A stretch of DNA of 64,000 nt from an uncultured Candidatus Saccharibacteria bacterium (GCA_964487045.1 CAZAOT010000002.1:123740-187739); one strand, 5' to 3'. Counted from the first letter of the stretch, positions 16,462-27,142 are shown. Notes: a model not told the origin generated them from the letters alone. Program-made: numbers and translations.

Positions 16462-17064
16462 CTACATCTCACCACGGCCTTCGAGCGATCTGGACAATGT
16501 AACTTCGTCTGCGTATTCCAAATCACCGCCAACTGGTAGCCCTCGTGCCAGCCTGGTTAATTTTATATCATAATCTTTGAGTCTATCGGCAATATATACT
16601 GCCGTTGCCTCACCCTCAAGAGAGGGATTGGTGGCAAAGATTATTTCTTCGATTTTATCAGAATTTTCCCTAACGCGCTCGAGCAATTCCCTAACCCTTA
16701 TATCATCAGCAGATATTCCGTTGATTGGCGAGATCGCGCCGCCCAGCACATGGTAGAAACCTTTGAAATTAGCTCGCTCGAGCGCAATTACATCAAGTGG
16801 TTCCTCAACTACACAGATCAATTTCTCATCGCGATCATGGCTAAGACAGATGTCGCAAGGATCAGACTCGCCATAATTAAAACAAACCCCACAAATCTTT
16901 AGATCTTTTTTCAAATCCCCTATCGATTCGCCGATGCTTTCGACAAACTCATCTGGACGAGTAAGAAGATAAAAAACAATTCGCGCCGCAGACTTTGGCC
17001 CTATGCCAGGTAGACGTGAAAACGACTCGATTGCATCTTTAATATTTTTAGGAAGTCTACTCAT
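16462..17064 (-). CDS. recR: Recombination mediator RecR
   Basis: LPGIGPKSA HhH, C4 zinc finger, Toprim ATNPSLEGEATA and GGDLEYAD. Confidence 0.98.
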   Translation of the reverse strand: MSRLPKNIKDAIESFSRLPGIGPKSAARIVFYLLTRPDEFVESIGESIGDLKKDLKICGVCFNYGESDPCDICLSHDRDEKLICVVEEPLDVIALERANFKGFYHVLGGAISPINGISADDIRVRELLERVRENSDKIEEIIFATNPSLEGEATAVYIADRLKDYDIKLTRLARGLPVGGDLEYADEVTLSRSLEGRGEM

Positions 17065-17152
17065 TTATATTTCTTAAATTTTAAACCATAAACCAGAATA
17101 CCTAAACCATAAAAAATATTCGAATAACCAACTTATAAATTTTAAGCATTTA

Positions 17153-19141
17153 CTAATTTTGACTTTCTTCGGGTTTCTGGTTTTGCGCTTCGGATTTTAT
17201 CTTTTCTATGTATTTACACTTTGGATAAGCGCTACAGCCAATAAATGGTCCGAAACGTCCTGAAGCAATTTTTAGAGGCGCAGAGCAATTTGGACATTTT
17301 CTCCCATCGATCGCTTTCTCACCTTCGTCAATCTTGCTCTGGGTTTTTTCGTCGATATAGTTTCGTGTATATCGACATTCGGGGAAACCAGTACAAGCAA
17401 TAAATTTGCCACGTCTTGATGCTTTGATAACCAATGGCTTACCACATTCTGGACACTTTTCATCCAGTTTCTCGTCCATATCCATTTTCTCGATTTTGGC
17501 GCCCTTGTCGTCTAGCTCTTTCTTAAATGGCACATAAATCTCCTTGACCACCTCTTGCCATTTGACCTTCCCTTCAGCTACCTGATCAAGCTCATCTTCG
17601 ATCTTGGCCGTAAAATCATAATCGATAATGTCAGGAAAATTTGCAACCAAGAGATCATTAACTACAACGCCAATTTTCTCTGGCTTTAGACGTCCGGCAT
17701 CCTTAATCACATATCCTCTGTCCTGAATGGTAGAAATTGTCGGAGCATAAGTCGATGGTCGGCCAATCCCTCGCTCTTCCAATGCTTTCACCAAGGTCGC
17801 TTCTGAATATCTTGCAGGTGGTTCAGTAAAATGTTGAAATTTATCGAGTTTAACAAGATCAACTTCGTCCTTAACGGCAAGCTTTGGCAGGCTTGTTTCT
17901 GTAAGCTTCTCCGGATATAGCTCTATCCAGCCCTTATATTTGACCATCTGACCTCGTGAAGAAAATATATACGAGCTCGTTTTGACCTTTACTTCGACGA
18001 TGTCTAGTACTGCTTCCTTCATCTGTGAAGCCAAAGCTCTTCTCCAAATAAGATCGTAAAGTTTCTTGGCCTTAGGTTCGGCCGAAATTGATTCAGCAGT
18101 TTTTTCTACACTTGACGGTCTAATTGCTTCGTGAGCTTCTTGAGCATTTTTTGATTTTGACTTATAGAACTTTGGTGCCTCCGGCAAAGATTTTGGATAT
18201 TCCTTAGAAATATAATCTCTAAAACTTTTGATCGCGTCTTGTGAAATATTAACCGAATCTGTTCTCATATAGGTGATTAAGCCTGCCTCGTACAAAGTCT
18301 GAGCAAGCTTCATCGTCTGCTTAGCCGAAAAACCGAGTCTTGAAGACGCATCTTGTTGTAAGGTAGAGGTCGTAAATGGTGCGTAAGGATGTCTTTTTTC
18401 TTCCTTCTCCTGAAGATCAACTATCTCGTATTTTCCTTTTTCAAGTTTTTTTAATATTTCTTGAGCTTCTTTTTCATTTTTAATCGTCAATTTTTCAATT
18501 TTTTTGCCGTCAGCTTCGATCAGCTTTCCACTGAATTCTTTCTTATCCTTAGAAAATACAGATTCAATACTCCAAAATTCCTCTGGCTTGAAGCCTTCGA
18601 TCTCACGCTCTCGATCAACAACCAATCGCACTGCAACCGACTGAACTCTTCCAGCTGACAACCCTTTGTAAATCTTCTTCCATAAAAGCGGGCTTAAATT
18701 GTAACCAACTAGTCGATCGATTATTCTCCTACCTTGCTGGGCATCAACTAAATCCATGTTTAGCTCACGAGAATTATCAATTGCCTTTAGAATTGCAGCT
18801 TTTGTGATTTCGGAAAAAGTAATTCTTTTGTATTTGCCCTTCTTCAAATTGAGCGCCTCAGAGATATGAAAAGAAATTGCCTCACCTTCGCGATCAAGGT
18901 CGGTTGCGAGAAAGATTTCGTCAGCTCCGCTTGCCAGTTTTTTCAAAGTTGAAATGGTCTTCTTGCTCTTAGTCGGAATTATATATGTCGGCTCGAAATT
19001 TTTATCGACATCGACGCCAATTTTCGATGCAGGCAGATCACGAACATGACCATACGAAGCCGTCACGACATAGTCGCTTCCTAAATATTTATTGATGGTA
19101 CCAGCTTTCGCTGGAGACTCTACTATGACTAATTTTTTCAT
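17153..19141 (-). CDS. topA: DNA topoisomerase I
   Basis: LVIVESPAK, ATDLDREGE, SAGRVQS, ITYMRTDS and C-terminal Zn ribbons. Confidence 0.99.
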   Translation of the reverse strand: MKKLVIVESPAKAGTINKYLGSDYVVTASYGHVRDLPASKIGVDVDKNFEPTYIIPTKSKKTISTLKKLASGADEIFLATDLDREGEAISFHISEALNLKKGKYKRITFSEITKAAILKAIDNSRELNMDLVDAQQGRRIIDRLVGYNLSPLLWKKIYKGLSAGRVQSVAVRLVVDREREIEGFKPEEFWSIESVFSKDKKEFSGKLIEADGKKIEKLTIKNEKEAQEILKKLEKGKYEIVDLQEKEEKRHPYAPFTTSTLQQDASSRLGFSAKQTMKLAQTLYEAGLITYMRTDSVNISQDAIKSFRDYISKEYPKSLPEAPKFYKSKSKNAQEAHEAIRPSSVEKTAESISAEPKAKKLYDLIWRRALASQMKEAVLDIVEVKVKTSSYIFSSRGQMVKYKGWIELYPEKLTETSLPKLAVKDEVDLVKLDKFQHFTEPPARYSEATLVKALEERGIGRPSTYAPTISTIQDRGYVIKDAGRLKPEKIGVVVNDLLVANFPDIIDYDFTAKIEDELDQVAEGKVKWQEVVKEIYVPFKKELDDKGAKIEKMDMDEKLDEKCPECGKPLVIKASRRGKFIACTGFPECRYTRNYIDEKTQSKIDEGEKAIDGRKCPNCSAPLKIASGRFGPFIGCSAYPKCKYIEKIKSEAQNQKPEESQN

Positions 19142-19151
19142 AACTTTTCCT

Positions 19152-19315
19152 TAGGTCGTCTAGCAAATATCACTTTGGCTGCAAATCTCCATATTTGGCT
19201 GCAAATTCCCAAAAACTCCTCCGCTTATCTCCCCGGATAAACATCGTCGTTTTTGAAAATTTTCGCTCAAACCTGTCGCTTTTCGCTATCAAAGCTATAT
19301 TTGCCAGCCGACCTA
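19152..19315. repeat. Intergenic element bounded by a long imperfect inverted repeat
   Basis: TAGGTCGTCTAGCAAATAT / ATATTTGCCAGCCGACCTA ends. Internal direct repeat TTTGGCTGCAAAT occurs twice. Confidence 0.7.
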
Positions 19316-19329
19316 TAAATCTTACTTAA

Positions 19330-20190
19330 TTATTCCTGTAAATCAATAGCGCTAGTTAAAAAATATTCCCCATCGCTATTTTTTGACACTACGCTTTTAA
19401 GCTCAAGTGAGGTCAAAAGTACCATCACTTGGCTAGGCGACAATTCGACTTCGCTTATGATTTTATCAAAACTTTTAGATGAAGAGCTAATCGATGAGAT
19501 AATTCTTGTCTCATCGGTGTTTAGTTCAAGCTTAAGCTGTCCATCTTCACCTTCTATTCCTAGATCTTCTAATATAATACTCGGATCGCTCAGGCAAATC
19601 GCCCCCGAGCTAATTAATTTATTAGTTCCCTTAGAGTTTAAGCGATCAACATCTCCAGGCAAGGCGTAAACTTGTCGGTTGAAGTCTGCAGCTAGATTGG
19701 CCGTTATAAGCGCTCCTGACTTCTCTTGCGCCTCAATAACTATCGTGGCAATAGACAGTCCTGCCACAATTCTATTGCGAAGAGCGAAATTTGTTGCAAA
19801 AGTCGTCGAGCCTTTTGGATATTCGGAAATTATCAGGCCACCCGATTTTATGATCTCTCTGGCTAATTGTTCGTTTGTGCGAGGCTCAAACTGATCAATA
19901 GCTGAGCCGAGCACAGCAATCGTCTTGCCATTAGCCTCCAGTGCACCGCGATGTGCGCTAGCATCAATCCCAAGAGCCAGACCAGAAACAATCACTACGC
20001 CCGACTGGGCTAGCTTCTTTGAAATCGACCGAGCGTTTTTAAGCCCATAGTCACTTGCTCGCCTTGAGCCAACAATCGCAACCAAATATTTTTCATTAAG
20101 AAGATCAATGTTTCCTATTGCAAATAATTTCTGAGGGCAAGATGGAATTTGTTTTAAGATCTCAGGCGGAGTTATTTCTAAAATTTGCAT
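19330..20190 (-). CDS. dprA: DNA-processing protein DprA
   Basis: AIVGSR, VSGLALGID, RNRIVAGLS and SGALITA motifs. Conserved dprA-topA order. Confidence 0.97.
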   Translation of the reverse strand: MQILEITPPEILKQIPSCPQKLFAIGNIDLLNEKYLVAIVGSRRASDYGLKNARSISKKLAQSGVVIVSGLALGIDASAHRGALEANGKTIAVLGSAIDQFEPRTNEQLAREIIKSGGLIISEYPKGSTTFATNFALRNRIVAGLSIATIVIEAQEKSGALITANLAADFNRQVYALPGDVDRLNSKGTNKLISSGAICLSDPSIILEDLGIEGEDGQLKLELNTDETRIISSISSSSKSFDKIISEVELSPSQVMVLLTSLELKSVVSKNSDGEYFLTSAIDLQE

Positions 20191-20437
20191 TAGTTAAATT
20201 TTAAAGAGAAATGCTATTAAACGCAAAAGGGACCGGTTTAATAGAAAGAATTTTCCTATCCAGTCCCTGCATTTCCAAGCAATATCTTTTAAGTTTTGGC
20301 TAATTGTCAATACAGGAGAAACAAAAAACACCCCGTTAGGAGTGTTTTTTGCGAGCCGGGTGATCCCCCTCGCTCGTAAGATGACTGAACCAATTTTTTT
20401 TTATACTGTCAACACAGAACAAAATCCGAAAATCTGG

Positions 20438-21721
20438 CTAATAACAGGGGTAAGCGGGCTTTTTGGCCCAATTTTCTATTTTACCGGGCCAGACATAAAT
20501 CCACAGACCACTCTTTGCTTTAGCATAACTTGATTCGTTTAGAAGCGGATTAGTGTTTGAGCAGCCAGTATAATTCTGATCTTTACCAGTAAGAAGTCTA
20601 AACGCTGTGCAGGCCGTCAGTGACTTATCATCAACTACATTATAAATCCACTTATAAACCATATTATCTTCCTTAAGAAATCTAAGTGGTGTATTTTGAG
20701 CAATACATAGGCCTGCGCTATTTTTATAGGTTATTAAAATATCACCTAAGTACGAGATATCATTCATCCAGATGAAATTCCACCCTGATTTCACAATGGC
20801 CTTATTATTCGATGAATATGGAAGGTTAATTTTATCGACGTATTTATCAATTGGGGTAAAAACGTAATATGCCTTATTCGCTTCAAATAAATATTCCCCA
20901 GATGTAATCTGATCCCAAGATTTAGCTGTCGGATTAAAATTTAAAATGGTCATACCATTTTGCGAGAAAACACTTGTCTGCACATCTTGATTGAAACCAA
21001 TTTGCGTATAGCCAGCTTCATACAGATCTTTATTGGACACGGCGCTTGGGACAGCGCTAGCAGTTACGACTGAAGGAGAAGGGCTAGGGTTAGGCGTTAT
21101 AGTAACCCCGGTTCCAGTAACAATAATTTTTTGAGTATACCAGGCGCTTAAACCATCAGCATAAAATAGAGGCCAATACTCCCCTGGTTGAGTATATGTA
21201 CAAGTAGTGGTGTAAGTCATTGGCACAGTTGTGCTCCAAAACTGAGCGACCGATTGATCGTAATTTTCAGACTGAAGGTAGGTGTATGTCATACCGTTAT
21301 GCCCGTCCTGAATATCCGAAGGTGGAAATGGCTGTCCGTCCTGGAAAATTGCATCAGGTGGTTCGAATAGTCCAGTCGGATAATTAAGCCCGGGAACAAA
21401 AGGTTTGTTGCAGAAAAATCTTCCGGTGATTTTGGGATTGGTCATTCCTGATCCCCCGCCCTGACCGTTGCTCCCCATCCCAACAAACATCCATCTAGCC
21501 GCAGCAACTCGAAATGTAATCTGGACAGGTGCATTCCATGAAGAAACAGGATTTATCTGAAACCTTGCCTGATCCATTCCAATACTTTTCTTAACTTCAC
21601 CTGTCAAATCAGCACTAGCAGGGTTCTTCAAAAAATAAATGTAACCCACAATTATTGCTGCAACAAGAATAAGTGTAGTAAGAATAATCTTTTTATTTAA
21701 AACGCCTTTTCTTTTTTTCAT
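20438..21721 (-). CDS. Secreted/anchored protein with one PKD-like domain, a PS linker and a C-terminal domain shared with its neighbour
   Basis: N-terminal TM/signal. CTYTQPGEY motif. The C-terminal ~190 aa align with the C-terminus of 21737..25705. Confidence 0.8.
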   Translation of the reverse strand: MKKRKGVLNKKIILTTLILVAAIIVGYIYFLKNPASADLTGEVKKSIGMDQARFQINPVSSWNAPVQITFRVAAARWMFVGMGSNGQGGGSGMTNPKITGRFFCNKPFVPGLNYPTGLFEPPDAIFQDGQPFPPSDIQDGHNGMTYTYLQSENYDQSVAQFWSTTVPMTYTTTCTYTQPGEYWPLFYADGLSAWYTQKIIVTGTGVTITPNPSPSPSVVTASAVPSAVSNKDLYEAGYTQIGFNQDVQTSVFSQNGMTILNFNPTAKSWDQITSGEYLFEANKAYYVFTPIDKYVDKINLPYSSNNKAIVKSGWNFIWMNDISYLGDILITYKNSAGLCIAQNTPLRFLKEDNMVYKWIYNVVDDKSLTACTAFRLLTGKDQNYTGCSNTNPLLNESSYAKAKSGLWIYVWPGKIENWAKKPAYPCY

Positions 21722-21736
21722 TTTCTAAATTATACC

Positions 21737-24700
21737 CTAATTGCAACTATAATTGGTCTTTCCAGCCCAATTGTTCAGATTATTTTGAAATAAATATATC
21801 CACAATCCCTTTTTGGCATCGATCGAACTAACTTCATTTAGGAGAGGATTAGTCTCGGAACAGCCTGTCGACGGCTTATTCGTACCTGTCAGAAGAGAAA
21901 AAGCCTGACAAGGAACAATTGAAGTATCATTTTGCACCACATATATCCAGCGATAAATAACTGAATCAGACCTTAGAACTCCGAGTGGTACATCTTTTGC
22001 AACACATTGCCCATTATCTTGCAAAGTAACTCTAAAGGAATCAAGATTTCTCGATGACTCATTCCAGACAAAATTCCAGCCAGGGGTTAGATTTGTTTCG
22101 GAGTTTATTTGACCAGTAGGACTTTCAATTGATGTTGCTTGATTAGAGAGAAGATAATATGCCTTGTTTGATTTTAAGTTTTCCGATTGGTTAGGTTCAA
22201 TAATATTCCATTGACGCTGAGCTTGATTTAACGAATAAACCTTTATCCCCTTTTCGCCAAATAGACTCGACTGAAAATCAAAGTTGAATCCTAAAACGGA
22301 GAATCCGGCGGGAATATTTATACTTGTAGCGGGGCTTTGAGTCGGTGATGGCGAGACACTAGGAGAGGCAGTTGGGCTTGGCGAGAAGGTTGGGCTTGGC
22401 GAAGATCCAACCGAGACTGTTGGCGTAGGTGATGCGCTCTGCGAGGAAGGAATTTCGATTTCGCCAAAAGCATAATTGGTTACACTTTCTCTTTCAGCCA
22501 CAACAACTGGGTGCCTTGTACCAGGCAGGGAATATGTATATAAAAATGATTTTATAGATTGATTAGCAGGAAGCTCCGCGATCATCCCTTTAGTCGGATC
22601 GGCAGGATCTCCGCATTGGTTTGAATTACTTAAAATAGATATATTGCTAAAATCAGGTTGACAGTCCCACCAAATTTTAACCGTGCTTGGGCCAGTTGCC
22701 GTTCCGGTTAAATTTGCGCCCAAACTCATTTGTACCGGAAAGCCCTGACCAACTCTCGTTGCCGACAAAGCAACATTTAATGTTTTATCAGGAATATCAT
22801 TTACAACCAACTGCGTATCGGCTTCTGCAGGATCAGCTCCGTCCCATTCGACTATCACCTTGGGATGATAAGTCCCAGGCATTGTATAGTCATGCGTCAA
22901 ATCCATAGTATTCACACGAACATCATCAACCTTTGCCCCATATGTGCTATCTATTGGATTACCGCAAGCAGAAGCCTGGCTGAGAGCAGCAATATCAACC
23001 CCAGGCCTATCGCAGTTCCACCAATAAGTATAGTTAACTGTAGCTTTAGCTGGGTCGGCGCCAACAGCAGTCGCAGTAAGATGAACACCATTTGCCTCTC
23101 CATCTGCAACCGCAGGATTACTAGTTAAAGTTGCTGAGAAACTAGGCTTCGTTACGACAAGCTGACCAACATAGCTAGTTGATAAATTACCATGCACTAC
23201 GATAATTTTTGGTTTTTTCGTACCAGGTGAACTATAGTTTGTTGATGTCGACTTGGTCGTAGTCAAGTTTGATTGATTTAAAAATTGATCACCCTTGCTT
23301 GCGTCTGTCGGTGGACCACAAACTGATGCCTGAGAGGCCTCGGCTACACTTGATGTAGTATTTTCACAGTTCCACCAGAAATAATATGAGTAATTACTGG
23401 AAGTATCATTTGACTCAGTTATGGCCGATAGATTGATAGTTTGACCTATTTGAGCAACCGCTGGCTCAATATTTAAATCAACATCTAGGTTAAGTGGATT
23501 TACTGATATAGCCTGCCTCGTCTCAATTGCCTGATTCCTTCTTTCGATAATAACTTTTATAGTCCTTGGTCCTGCAGGAAAAGTTTTAGTACCAGTATGA
23601 GTATTTAACAGCCCCCCACCAGTTGCATATGCACCAGTTAGCTGAAATCCATTAGCTCTTCGCTCGGCTGTATCTGTAGCTGGATCGCCACTAATTCTAG
23701 GAAGACCACAATCCGGATCGTTCATTACCTCTTGCACGGAGGTAGAAGGATTATCGCAATGCCACCAGTATGTATATGTCGTACTCGCATTTGCTGTGTT
23801 TGTATCACCAACATTAGCTGTTATAGAGATTGTCTGACCCTCTGCCCTGATGGTTGGTGTAATTGCAAGCGAAACTGACAATACACCGTTAACCTGCGGC
23901 GAAGGAGATGGACTGGGGACTACACTAGGCGATGGTGAAGGAGACGGCGTTCTACTTGGAGAAGGACTTGGCACCGGGGAAGGGGTTCTTGATGGAGAAA
24001 CGCTATGGGATGGCAATGGGGAAGGAGTCCTTGATGGCGACGGAACAGGCGAAGGAGTTCGCGATGGAGACGAGCTAGGAACCGGAGATGGCGAAGCAAC
24101 AATCGCTGGCACAACCAGATCAACATAAGCAGCCTTCTCCAAGCCATCCCTCTGAACAATTACCTTTGGCTTATACGTTCCTGGAGCATAACCATGTGTT
24201 ACTGTAACCGAGTTTGCCGTCTGATTAACAAAACGACGATAATATGTTGGATCAGTGCTTCCACACAAGAGAAGTGTACCAGTAAAACTGTCTAGACCTT
24301 GATTGCAATTCCACCAAATATTGAAATTTTGATCAGTCTCTGTTTGCCAACCACTTTGCGATGCAATCAAGTCATATTGTCTCTTTCCACTAACTATTGA
24401 ATTCTTATTTACTGCTTGAATTAGTGGCACTAAGGTCGGTGCATTCGAGACAGTCAAATCGAAAGATTTTGTTGCTGTAGCACCGCCCTGCTCAATAATC
24501 ACTTTAGGCTTATAAATGCCGGCTTGTGAATATTTATGTGTTGTTGATTTATAGATTGACACTGCTGAAACGCCGTCAAATTTTGCACCAATTGTTGCAT
24601 TAGTTGGATCTCCACACGCTCTAACTGCGTCTGCATATATATTGGTAGTTGTATTGCAATGCCACCAGAAAGAATAATTGACAGTGTTTATAACATTATT

Positions 24701-25705
24701 TGAACCAGCATAAGCTGTTAGAGTAGCGGTTTGGGAATTATTTGGTTTCGTAGGATTAGACGAAAAAGTAGGATTTAAAGTTGTAACTGGATCCTTGATA
24801 GTAATTTGATTTGTTGCATATTTGTAGCCATTTGTAGTATTTAAATTCATCTGGTTATCAACTCGCGCTTCTCTGGTATATGTACCCGCACGCGTATAGG
24901 TACAACCCTGGCTAAAGGTATACGGACTACCATGGTAAGGGAAGCTTGTATTTGTACCTGTGCAATATCCGAGTGAATCTTTGGCGCAGCACAAATTATA
25001 ATGAAACTGATAATGAGTATCCGTTCCACCCCCATATCCATAAAATGGCACCCATGCACCTGCGACCGTGGTAGACGGAATCATGACTGTCGCAGTTAGT
25101 GTGTCCGTAAAAGGAGCTGTCGCAGTTGAGGCAGAACCAGTTAAATTTAATTTATAATTAGTAAGCGGAGAAGCAGTTTTTGAAGCTGTTGGACTAGGAG
25201 TAACAGCAGCGTTAGTTTTAAGATTAGTCGATGACCAAGCTGCATAGCCTGCATGCTCAACAACAACGATCGGCTGATACGTTATTCCTTTTCCTGAGTA
25301 AGTACATGCGTTGGTAAGGTTTAGAGTCTGAGTGACTGGAATATTTTCTTTCTTAACTGAATAGCCACTTCTCAAGTCCACCTGCAAGCCTGGATACTGA
25401 AACACCGGTGCCCCCGGACCAACAAAGGTTAAATACATTGGGGTATCACAATATAAGCTAACCGTCATCGTTCCTGTATTCATGCTCGAACCCATCGTTC
25501 TAACCGAAAAGGAAGTAACGACAGGCGCATTTAAACTCGTGGGTGTCGGGCTAACAGTCAAAATGGTATTTAGCGCCGTTAAATTAGTTCCGCTATTTGC
25601 TGCTTTTGCATAATCAGGAAGTAGTACCGTAGTAACAACAAGCAGAACACATAAACAAATTAGTGCTCTAAGAAAATTAAGCCTCTCAATTCCCCTCTCT
25701 AGCAT
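21737..25705 (-). CDS. Large secreted surface protein with Cys-containing PKD-like repeats and Pro/Ser linkers
   Basis: Signal peptide ending AKA. Six WW[HND]C...CG...Y..[AP]G...[KV][VI] repeats and two (PS)n linkers. Confidence 0.85.
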   Translation of the reverse strand: MLERGIERLNFLRALICLCVLLVVTTVLLPDYAKAANSGTNLTALNTILTVSPTPTSLNAPVVTSFSVRTMGSSMNTGTMTVSLYCDTPMYLTFVGPGAPVFQYPGLQVDLRSGYSVKKENIPVTQTLNLTNACTYSGKGITYQPIVVVEHAGYAAWSSTNLKTNAAVTPSPTASKTASPLTNYKLNLTGSASTATAPFTDTLTATVMIPSTTVAGAWVPFYGYGGGTDTHYQFHYNLCCAKDSLGYCTGTNTSFPYHGSPYTFSQGCTYTRAGTYTREARVDNQMNLNTTNGYKYATNQITIKDPVTTLNPTFSSNPTKPNNSQTATLTAYAGSNNVINTVNYSFWWHCNTTTNIYADAVRACGDPTNATIGAKFDGVSAVSIYKSTTHKYSQAGIYKPKVIIEQGGATATKSFDLTVSNAPTLVPLIQAVNKNSIVSGKRQYDLIASQSGWQTETDQNFNIWWNCNQGLDSFTGTLLLCGSTDPTYYRRFVNQTANSVTVTHGYAPGTYKPKVIVQRDGLEKAAYVDLVVPAIVASPSPVPSSSPSRTPSPVPSPSRTPSPLPSHSVSPSRTPSPVPSPSPSRTPSPSPSPSVVPSPSPSPQVNGVLSVSLAITPTIRAEGQTISITANVGDTNTANASTTYTYWWHCDNPSTSVQEVMNDPDCGLPRISGDPATDTAERRANGFQLTGAYATGGGLLNTHTGTKTFPAGPRTIKVIIERRNQAIETRQAISVNPLNLDVDLNIEPAVAQIGQTINLSAITESNDTSSNYSYYFWWNCENTTSSVAEASQASVCGPPTDASKGDQFLNQSNLTTTKSTSTNYSSPGTKKPKIIVVHGNLSTSYVGQLVVTKPSFSATLTSNPAVADGEANGVHLTATAVGADPAKATVNYTYWWNCDRPGVDIAALSQASACGNPIDSTYGAKVDDVRVNTMDLTHDYTMPGTYHPKVIVEWDGADPAEADTQLVVNDIPDKTLNVALSATRVGQGFPVQMSLGANLTGTATGPSTVKIWWDCQPDFSNISILSNSNQCGDPADPTKGMIAELPANQSIKSFLYTYSLPGTRHPVVVAERESVTNYAFGEIEIPSSQSASPTPTVSVGSSPSPTFSPSPTASPSVSPSPTQSPATSINIPAGFSVLGFNFDFQSSLFGEKGIKVYSLNQAQRQWNIIEPNQSENLKSNKAYYLLSNQATSIESPTGQINSETNLTPGWNFVWNESSRNLDSFRVTLQDNGQCVAKDVPLGVLRSDSVIYRWIYVVQNDTSIVPCQAFSLLTGTNKPSTGCSETNPLLNEVSSIDAKKGLWIYLFQNNLNNWAGKTNYSCN

Positions 25706-25763
25706 TAACTAAATTATATCGAAGCGCAGATTAAACGCAAACTTATGATCAGCCCCAGGGGAC

Positions 25764-25792
25764 TTGACATTTTGGGCTTTTTATGATATATT
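25764..25792 (+). promoter_or_regulatory. Sigma70-type promoter for the candidate ncRNA
   Basis: TTGACA-17 nt-TATATT, with TG extension. Confidence 0.75.
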
Positions 25793-25798
25793 ATTCTC

Positions 25799-26037
25799 TT
25801 CATTTAAAATAAGGAGAAGTAGCAGGCAGTGTCCTCACGACGAGCTCCGATTGGGTGATTTCCCCTCCTTGCATCCAAACGTCTCGTAGTGAGGACACTT
25901 CTTACTACACTTGTATCCATCCGCATCTTAAACATTTGGCGGGTGTAAAACCTAAATCCTCTTTAGAGGGTCGGGGATCAAGTCAATGGTATGGAGGGAA
26001 AAGAAAAAGTCCTTGGCGAAAGCCAGGGACTTTTTCT
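25799..26037 (+). ncRNA. Candidate standalone structured ncRNA, family not recognised
   Basis: Lies between a promoter and a terminator. Long stem AGTGTCCTCAC/GTGAGGACACT plus a multibranch domain. No convincing ORF. Confidence 0.55.
26002..26037. terminator. Bidirectional intrinsic terminator (rplK and candidate ncRNA)
   Basis: AGAAAAAGTCCTTGGC-GAAA-GCCAGGGACTTTTTCT. Confidence 0.85.
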
Positions 26038-26061
26038 ATTTATATTCGCAGATAAGCTGAA

Positions 26062-26484
26062 TTAAACTATCTCTATTCCCATAGAGCGAGCTGTGCCTTC
26101 AATAATCTTCATTGCTTGTTCAACTTCTGTTGCATTTAGGTCAACCATTTTCTTCTCAGCAATTTCTCTAACCTGGTCTTTGGTGATTTTACCAACTTTT
26201 TCCTTGTTAGGTACTCCGGAACCCTTTTCCTTGCCAGCTGCCTTTAAGATCAAAACTGCGGCGGGTGGAGTTTTTAATACGAAATCAAAAGTTCTGTCTT
26301 CGTAAATTGTAATTTCAGCAGGAACAATGGTATTACCCATCTCCTTTGTTCGTTCGTTAAACTGGTTAACGAATTCCATGATATTAACTCCATGCTGACC
26401 AAGAGCTGGTCCAATTGGAGGAGCAGGATTAGCTCTTCCTGCTGGAGCTTGTACTTTTATAACTATCTTTACTTTCTTTGCCAT
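26062..26484 (-). CDS. rplK: Ribosomal protein uL11
   Basis: [21 protein letters not shown]...GTARSMG. Start set at MAKKVK (26484). Confidence 0.99.
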   Translation of the reverse strand: MAKKVKIVIKVQAPAGRANPAPPIGPALGQHGVNIMEFVNQFNERTKEMGNTIVPAEITIYEDRTFDFVLKTPPAAVLILKAAGKEKGSGVPNKEKVGKITKDQVREIAEKKMVDLNATEVEQAMKIIEGTARSMGIEIV

Positions 26485-26507
26485 TTTTCTTTTTCCTTTT
26501 TCCTGGA

Positions 26508-26579
26508 GCGAAGATGTGAATTCTTCGAGGACCATTGGCGAGCGCACCTAGCGTGTCCGAGAAGAATTTACAGATTCGC
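26508..26579. repeat. Dispersed hairpin element, family A, copy 2
   Basis: Core is 35/40 identical to 1698-1737. Outer stem has a different sequence but is self-complementary. Confidence 0.85.
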
Positions 26580-26584
26580 GAATT

Positions 26585-27142
26585 TTATACTTTTTTTGCT
26601 TGCAGAAAATCGATGTTAGCCGGCGTTTCTCGGCCAAACATGTTTACTGATACCTTGATCTTTCCTTTTTCTTCATCAATTTCTGTAATTTTACCTTCAA
26701 ATCCCTTGAGCGGACCGTCATTAATCCTTACCAGGTCACCAATTGAGAATTCGATTTTGTGCTTTGGCTCTGCGATCGACATTCTTTTCTTGATTCTGGC
26801 GATTTCTTCATCACTCATAGGGGTTGGTCTTATTCCGAAACCAACGAATCCAGTAACATTTGGTGTATTTCTGACTACATACCAGCTCTCATCGGTAACG
26901 AACATTTCAACTAAAACGTAGCCAGGGAAAATCTTTTTTTCAACAACTTGTCTCTTGCCATTTTTTATTTCGATTTGCTTCTCAGTTGGAACAATTACAT
27001 CGAAAATAAAATCGTGCATACCGGTTGATTCAACTCTCTGTCGCAGACTCTCTGCAACTTGATCTTCATAACCAGCATAGGTATGGATAACATACCATCC
27101 CTTTTTACCTTCCTGTTTGATAGACTTTCCTTTTTCGCTCAT
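26585..27142 (-). CDS. nusG: Transcription factor NusG
   Basis: WYVIHTYAGYE, FPGYVLVEM, VRNTPNVTGF and a KOW domain ending FGRETP. Confidence 0.99.
   Translation of the reverse strand: MSEKGKSIKQEGKKGWYVIHTYAGYEDQVAESLRQRVESTGMHDFIFDVIVPTEKQIEIKNGKRQVVEKKIFPGYVLVEMFVTDESWYVVRNTPNVTGFVGFGIRPTPMSDEEIARIKKRMSIAEPKHKIEFSIGDLVRINDGPLKGFEGKITEIDEEKGKIKVSVNMFGRETPANIDFLQAKKV

Noticed and set aside
23850-24128. Plus-strand ORF with GDG/GEG repeats resembling a collagen-like or RTX protein
   Set aside because: It is the antisense reading of the (PS)n linker of the 1322-aa gene.
20438-25705. Diversity-generating retroelement target/template pair
   Set aside because: The shared C-terminal regions differ at all base types, not only adenines, and no reverse transcriptase is in the window.
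25855-26055. 66-aa ORF in the candidate ncRNA region
   Set aside because: GTG start inside a hairpin loop without a clear RBS, and it runs through the terminator. Not fully excluded.
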